Assembly (NCBI GenBank): GCA_001898385.1 | Contig: MKTT01000061.1 | Coordinates: 22,856-86,855, forward strand | Direction: 5' to 3' | Source: Planctomycetales bacterium 71-10 | GTDB taxonomy: Bacteria > Planctomycetota > Planctomycetia > Isosphaerales > Isosphaeraceae | DNA length: 64,000 bases | Part shown: piece after piece, positions 59,092-64,000 of the stretch | Numbering within the stretch: position 1 is the first letter of the stretch | Layout: each line of letters starts with the position of its first letter | Notes under the pieces: model-generated | Database searches by the model: none | What the model saw: only the letters and a program-made list of their open reading frames with translations | What the model was told of the DNA's origin: nothing | Position numbers and translations under genes: made by a program

Positions 59092-59272
59092 GTCTTCCCC
59101 CCTCGCGGGGGAAGACGGACGCCGAAGGCGTCAGATGAGGGGGACGCGAAGCAGGGGCACTGTCGCGATTTCGAAGGCCCGCCCGACCGGCCTGGGATCC
59201 CGACGGCTTTCTCGCTCGTCTCCCCCCTCATCCGGCCCTTCGGGCCACCTTCCCCCCGCGAGGGGGGAAGGC
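59092..59272. repeat. ~180-bp REPIN-like element, copy 3 (opposite orientation)
   Basis: Close reverse complement of 47548-47729, including much of the spacer (GACGCGAAGCA...CGAAGGCCCGCCCG). Confidence 0.88.
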
Positions 59273-59389
59273 CGTTCGTATAGGATGGCCGCCCTATAAC
59301 GCCGGGACGGCCAGGCGAAAGGGCCCGCCGGGGCCCCGAAGGACCCGGGCAGACCCGGGGATCGTCGCGACGAGTCCGACCGGCCGGGG

Positions 59390-61327
59390 TCAGCCGATGT
59401 TCATGCTCGACAGGAACTCGGCGTTGCTCTTGAGCTTCTTCATCCGGCCGATGAGGAACTCCATGGCCTCGACGGGGTTCATGTCGTTGAGCACGCGGCG
59501 GAGGATCCACGCCCGGCGCAGCTCGTCGGCGTCCATGAGGAGTTCCTCGCGGCGGGTGCCCGACTTGTTGATGTCGATGGCCGGCCAGACCCGCTTGTCG
59601 ACCAGGCGGCGGTCGAGGTGCAGCTCCATGTTGCCGGTCCCCTTGAACTCCTCGAAGATCACGTCGTCCATCCGGCTGCCGGTGTCGACCAGCGCGGTGG
59701 CGAGGATCGTGAGGCTGCCGGCCTCCTCGATCTTGCGGGCGGCCCCGAAGAACCGCTTCGGCTTCTGGAGGGCCGAGGCGTCGATGCCGCCGGTCAGGAT
59801 CTTGCCCGAGTGCGGCGCCTCCGTGTTGTAGGCGCGGGCGAGCCGGGTGATCGAGTCGAGCAGGATCACCACGTCCTTGCCGAACTCGACCATCCGCTTG
59901 GCCTTCTCGATGACCATCTCGGCCACCTGGATGTGCCGCGAGGCGGGCTCGTCGAAGGTGGAGCTGATGACCTCGGCCGTCGGCCCCTTGACCGACCGCT
60001 CCATGTCCGTCACCTCCTCCGGCCGCTCGTCGATGAGCAGGACCATGACGTAGGCTTCGGGGTGGTTGGTCAGGATGCTGTTGGCGATCTTCTGGAGCAG
60101 GATCGTCTTGCCCGTGCGGGGCGGGGCCACGATCACCCCGCGCTGGCCGAAGCCGATCGGCGTGACCAGGTCGACGACCCGCATGTTGATCTCTTCGTTC
60201 GACGTCTCCAGCTTGATGCGGCCCTGCGGGTGCAGCGGCGTGAGGTCGTCGAACCCGACCTTCTCGCTGAGCTTGTCGGGATCCTCGAAGTTGATCGCCT
60301 CGACGCGGAGCAGGGCGAAGTAGCGCTCGTTCTCCTTGGGCGGGCGGATCTGGCCCGAGACGATGGCCCCGGTCTTCAGGCCGAAGCGGCGGATCTGGCT
60401 GGGGGAGACGTAGATGTCGTCGGGGCAGGGGAGGTAGTTGTAGTCCGGGCTGCGGAGGAAGCCGAAGCCGTCGGGGAGGACTTCCAGCGTCCCCTCGCCG
60501 TACATGAGGCCGTTCTGCTTCACCCGCTCCTTGAGGATCTTGAAGATGAGGTCCTGCTTCTTCAGGCCCATGTAGTCGGCGATCCCTTCGGACTTCGCCG
60601 TCTTGATGAGCTGGGGCATGGTCATCTTCTGCAGCTCGGTGAGGTGGATCTCGCCGCGCTTGATGTCCTCATACCGGTCGTGGATCGCGGCGTCGCCGAA
60701 GAGGTCCTCGTCCTCGACGTCGGGGAATGCCTCGGCGGCGGGCTCGGCGTAGTTCGCCGCGGGCGCGGGGGCCGGGGCGCGCTCGGCCTTCGCCGGGGCC
60801 GAATAGTCGCGGTCGCGGGAGTTGAACGAGGGCTCGCGGTCGGGGCGCTCGCGGTCGCCGCGGTCGCGGTAGCTCGGGGCCGGCTCGATGGCGGACTCGC
60901 GGGCCCGCTCGCGGGCGGGGGGGGCGTAGTCGCGGTCCCGGTCGCGGTCGCCGCCCCGCTCCCGCACGGGGATGCCGTCGTGGGCGGCGGGGGCCGAGGC
61001 GGCCTCGCGCTCGGCGCGGTCGCGGGCGAGGCGCTCGCGGAGGGTCATGCCGGCGCGGGGCTCGGGCTCGTGGCGCTCGGCCGGGGCCTCGGCGCGGTCG
61101 CGGGCGCGGATGAAGCGGATCGGCTCGCGGTCGGCGGGGGCCTCCTCGCGGAAGGGCTCGCGGGCCGGGCGCTCGGGGGCCGCGGCGGGCTCGGGGGCCG
61201 GCGCGTAGCCGGGCGTGGAGGCGGTCCCGGCGCTCTCGTCCTGCGCGGGCGGAGGGGCCGACGCGGCGCTCTTGCGGATGCGGGAGCCTCCGGAGGGCTC
61301 CCGGCGGGGGCGGGTCTCGTTGGCCAT
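59390..61327 (-). CDS. rho: Transcription termination factor Rho with ~225-aa N-terminal low-complexity extension
   Basis: DGFGFLR, DDIYVS, P-loop [26 protein letters not shown]. Confidence 0.97.
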   Translation of the reverse strand: MANETRPRREPSGGSRIRKSAASAPPPAQDESAGTASTPGYAPAPEPAAAPERPAREPFREEAPADREPIRFIRARDRAEAPAERHEPEPRAGMTLRERLARDRAEREAASAPAAHDGIPVRERGGDRDRDRDYAPPARERARESAIEPAPSYRDRGDRERPDREPSFNSRDRDYSAPAKAERAPAPAPAANYAEPAAEAFPDVEDEDLFGDAAIHDRYEDIKRGEIHLTELQKMTMPQLIKTAKSEGIADYMGLKKQDLIFKILKERVKQNGLMYGEGTLEVLPDGFGFLRSPDYNYLPCPDDIYVSPSQIRRFGLKTGAIVSGQIRPPKENERYFALLRVEAINFEDPDKLSEKVGFDDLTPLHPQGRIKLETSNEEINMRVVDLVTPIGFGQRGVIVAPPRTGKTILLQKIANSILTNHPEAYVMVLLIDERPEEVTDMERSVKGPTAEVISSTFDEPASRHIQVAEMVIEKAKRMVEFGKDVVILLDSITRLARAYNTEAPHSGKILTGGIDASALQKPKRFFGAARKIEEAGSLTILATALVDTGSRMDDVIFEEFKGTGNMELHLDRRLVDKRVWPAIDINKSGTRREELLMDADELRRAWILRRVLNDMNPVEAMEFLIGRMKKLKSNAEFLSSMNIG

Positions 61328-61503
61328 GATGGACCGTTCTCCATGAACAGACTAGACGAGTGTATCGGCCGAGGCGAGTGCGCCGCGGGGGACCTGGGGC
61401 GTGGGACTTTCGTGGCGGAGGGCTGCGACGTGGGGCATGGCCGGGCGTGGTTCTCTGGGATGAGGCGTCCGAGATCGGGCGGCGACGGCGCTTCGGCTTC
61501 AAC

Positions 61504-62178
61504 TCACGGGGCGGGCTCCGCGGGGGCGAGCTTCATCAGCAGGCGGTCGACCTCGGCCTCGAGGCGGGCCGGGTCGCCGTCGTTGGTCAGGACGTGGTCG
61601 GCGCGGGCTTTCTTACGTTCGAGGGGCCACTGGGCGGCCTCGCGGGCCGTCAGCTCCGCGTCGGACCAGCCCCGGTCTCGGCGGACGCGGTCGAGGCGGG
61701 CCTCGCGCGGGGCGTCCACGAAGGCGACCGCGTCGCACGCCCGATCCCAGCCGGACTCCAGCAGGATCGCCGCGTCCAGGACGACGAGCGGGGCGTCGCC
61801 CCGGGACCGGGCCGCGGCGATGCGGCGCTCGAACTCCTCGAACATCGGCGGGTGGACGATGGCCTCCAGGTCGCGGCGGGCCGCCGGGTCGGCGAAGACG
61901 ACCCGCCCCAGCGCCCGGCGGTCGACCCGGCCGTCGGCCGCGATCGCCCCGGGGCCGAACCTCTCGGCGACGCGGCGGGCGACCTCGGGGCGGCGCAACA
62001 CCTCGTGCCCGACGGCGTCGGCGTCGACGACCTCCGCCCCCCGACCGGCGAGGATCGACGCCGCGGCGCTCTTGCCGCCGCCGATCCCCCCGATCAGCCC
62101 GATCACGGGGATCGGGCCTCGGCCGGCTCGCGACGCCGGCGCGGCGGGGTTGCCGATGGTCGTGGTCGACTCGGGCAT
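61504..62178 (-). CDS. coaE: Dephospho-CoA kinase
   Basis: GLIGGIGGGKS, DADAVGH, LEAIVHP, LDAAIL. Confidence 0.95.
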   Translation of the reverse strand: MPESTTTIGNPAAPASRAGRGPIPVIGLIGGIGGGKSAAASILAGRGAEVVDADAVGHEVLRRPEVARRVAERFGPGAIAADGRVDRRALGRVVFADPAARRDLEAIVHPPMFEEFERRIAAARSRGDAPLVVLDAAILLESGWDRACDAVAFVDAPREARLDRVRRDRGWSDAELTAREAAQWPLERKKARADHVLTNDGDPARLEAEVDRLLMKLAPAEPAP

Positions 62179-62570
62179 GACGGGCCTTGGTGCTCGCGAC
62201 GGGGAGGTGGGGAAAGGAGACGTCGACCGGCCCCCTCGACGGCCGAGGGCCCCCGCGCGGGGGCGTCCCTCGGACGAGGCACCGGACGGTCAGGTTCGGC
62301 GGACGTCGGTGCGGACGAGCCGACCCATCCCGGGCGCGACCGACGGACGCGGTCCCGGACGAGCGGGCGGCTGGGGTGCGATCTCTAAGCCCTCATCTCG
62401 ATCCGGGCAAGTCACGGGGGGTGGGCCGCGGGGAGGAGATGATGGGGGTGATGGGGACGCGCCTCGGGCCGGCGCGGGCCAAACACGATTGATCCACTAA
62501 CTTATACGCTCCGGACCTCCCCGCCGCAATGCCGTTCCGACGATTTCCGGCCCTCGCGGGCCCCGCGGAT

Positions 62571-64000
62571 TCAGGCCCCCAGCGGCTCGACGTCCAGCCA
62601 GTTCGGGCCGGCCGCGAGGTCCACCTTGAGCGGCACGGACAGCGCCAGCGCCCCGGTCATCTCGTCCCGCACCAGCGCCGCCAGGGCGGGCGTCTCGGCC
62701 GCGGGCCCCTCGAACACCAGCTCGTCGTGGATCTGGAGGATCATGCGGGATGCGAGGCCCTCGGCCCGCAGGCGGCGGTCCACCAGGATCATGGCCCGCT
62801 TGATGAGGTCGGCGGCCGAGCCCTGGATGACGGTGTTCACGGCCAGGCGCTCGGCCAGGTTGCGATTCCTCCCCGTCGTGGCCTTGATCCCGGCGATCGG
62901 CCGGCGGCGCCCCAGGATCGTCTCCACCCGGCCGGCGGCCTGGGCGGACTCCAGGGTCGTCGTGATGAACCGATCGACCCCCTCGTACTCGCGGAAGTAC
63001 GCCTCGATGAACGCGGCGGCCTCGGCCTGCTTGATCCCCAGCCGGGCGGCCAGGCCGAACGGGCTCAGGCCGTAGATGACCCCGAAGTTCACGGTCTTCG
63101 CGACGCGCCGCATGTTCGAGTCCACCTGATCCTCGGGCACGCCGAAGATCCGGGCCGCGACGGCCTGGTGGATGTCGTGGTCGGCCTCGAACGCCCGGCA
63201 CATCGCCGGGTCCTGCGAGTAGTGGGCGAGGATCCGCAGCTCGATCTGCGAGTAGTCGGCCGTGAGGAGCGCGCGGTCGGGGCCCTCGGCGACGAACGCC
63301 TGGCGGATCTGGCGGCCTTCCTCGGTCCGGACCGGGATGTTCTGGAGGTTGGGGTCGCTGGAGCTGAGCCGGCCCGTCGCCGCGACCCCCTGGTTGAACG
63401 ACGCGTGGATCCGGCCGTCGTCGGGGTGGACGAGCAGGGGGAGGGCGTCGAGGTACGTCCCCTTCAACTTGGTGAGCTGGCGGTGCCGCACCAGCAGCGC
63501 GGGGAGGGGGTGCTTGCTCGCCAGCTCCTCCAGGACTTCGGTGTCCGTGCTGGACTCCCCGCCGGGCGTCTTGCGGAGGCGCGGGAGCTTCAGGTCCTCG
63601 AACAGCACCTGGCGGAGCTGGGGCACGGAGTTGATGTTGAACGGCCGGCCGGCGAGGGCGTGGATCTCCTCCTCCATGGCGGCCAGCCGGACGGCGTATT
63701 CCCCGGAAAGCTGCTTGAGCCGGGGGACGTCGACCATCACCCCGAGGGCTTCCATGTCCGCCAGGATCGAGACCAGCGGGCGTTCGAGGTCCGCGTACAG
63801 GTCCCACAGCCCTTCCTCGCGGACGCGGGGGGCGAGGATCTCGTAGATCCGCCAGGTGGCGTCGGCGTCCTCGCCCGCATACTCGGCGATCCGGGGGACG
63901 TCGACCTGGTCCATCCGCAACTGGTTCTTCCCCTTACCGATCAGGTCGGAGATGGGGATCATCTCGTGGCCCAGGAGGCGGTCGGAGAGCTGGTCCAGGC
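62571..64000 (-). CDS. polA: DNA polymerase I, C-terminal part (runs off the right edge)
   Basis: TGRLSSSDPNLQNIP, ADYSQIELRILAH, RRVAKTVNFGVIYG, QIHDEL. Confidence 0.97.
   Translation of the reverse strand, partial: LDQLSDRLLGHEMIPISDLIGKGKNQLRMDQVDVPRIAEYAGEDADATWRIYEILAPRVREEGLWDLYADLERPLVSILADMEALGVMVDVPRLKQLSGEYAVRLAAMEEEIHALAGRPFNINSVPQLRQVLFEDLKLPRLRKTPGGESSTDTEVLEELASKHPLPALLVRHRQLTKLKGTYLDALPLLVHPDDGRIHASFNQGVAATGRLSSSDPNLQNIPVRTEEGRQIRQAFVAEGPDRALLTADYSQIELRILAHYSQDPAMCRAFEADHDIHQAVAARIFGVPEDQVDSNMRRVAKTVNFGVIYGLSPFGLAARLGIKQAEAAAFIEAYFREYEGVDRFITTTLESAQAAGRVETILGRRRPIAGIKATTGRNRNLAERLAVNTVIQGSAADLIKRAMILVDRRLRAEGLASRMILQIHDELVFEGPAAETPALAALVRDEMTGALALSVPLKVDLAAGPNWLDVEPLGA

Noticed and set aside
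8510-59272. Repeated palindromes as a possible CRISPR array
   Set aside because: They are dispersed, not tandem with unique spacers, and no cas genes are present. They are REP-like.

Overview
Very GC-rich bacterial DNA. The gene content (DUF1501 plus cytochrome-c/DUF1549/DUF1553 pair, Tat-signal Gfo/Idh/MocA proteins, a PEP-CTERM protein, tig-clpP-clpP, polA-coaE-rho) points to Planctomycetota, probably Isosphaeraceae-like; this is inference. Housekeeping genes and two tRNAs flank a ~20 kb accessory block (26.4-46.5 kb) with three modules. (1) A five-gene SWIM / unknown / VWA / MoxR-YehL AAA+ / DUF5682 operon, whose largest protein carries motifs suggesting a TraB/TIKI/EreA-type hydrolase. 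(2) A PRTase + alpha/beta-hydrolase + erythromycin-esterase-family triad. (3) A porin - urea channel - Yersinia-type ureABCEFGD - Tat-exported oxalate decarboxylase cluster that looks like an acid-resistance unit; its porin is split by a 1-nt frameshift, best placed at a G6 tract. Other observations: a RelE/HigB-type toxin that is also frameshifted, a family of ~180-bp REPIN-like palindromic elements (3 full copies, 1 related doublet, 2 solo arms), a second dispersed non-coding motif family, a catalytically dead S24 repressor, a non-canonical PII and a tandem pair of small membrane paralogs. No CRISPR array, rRNA, integrase or transposase was seen.
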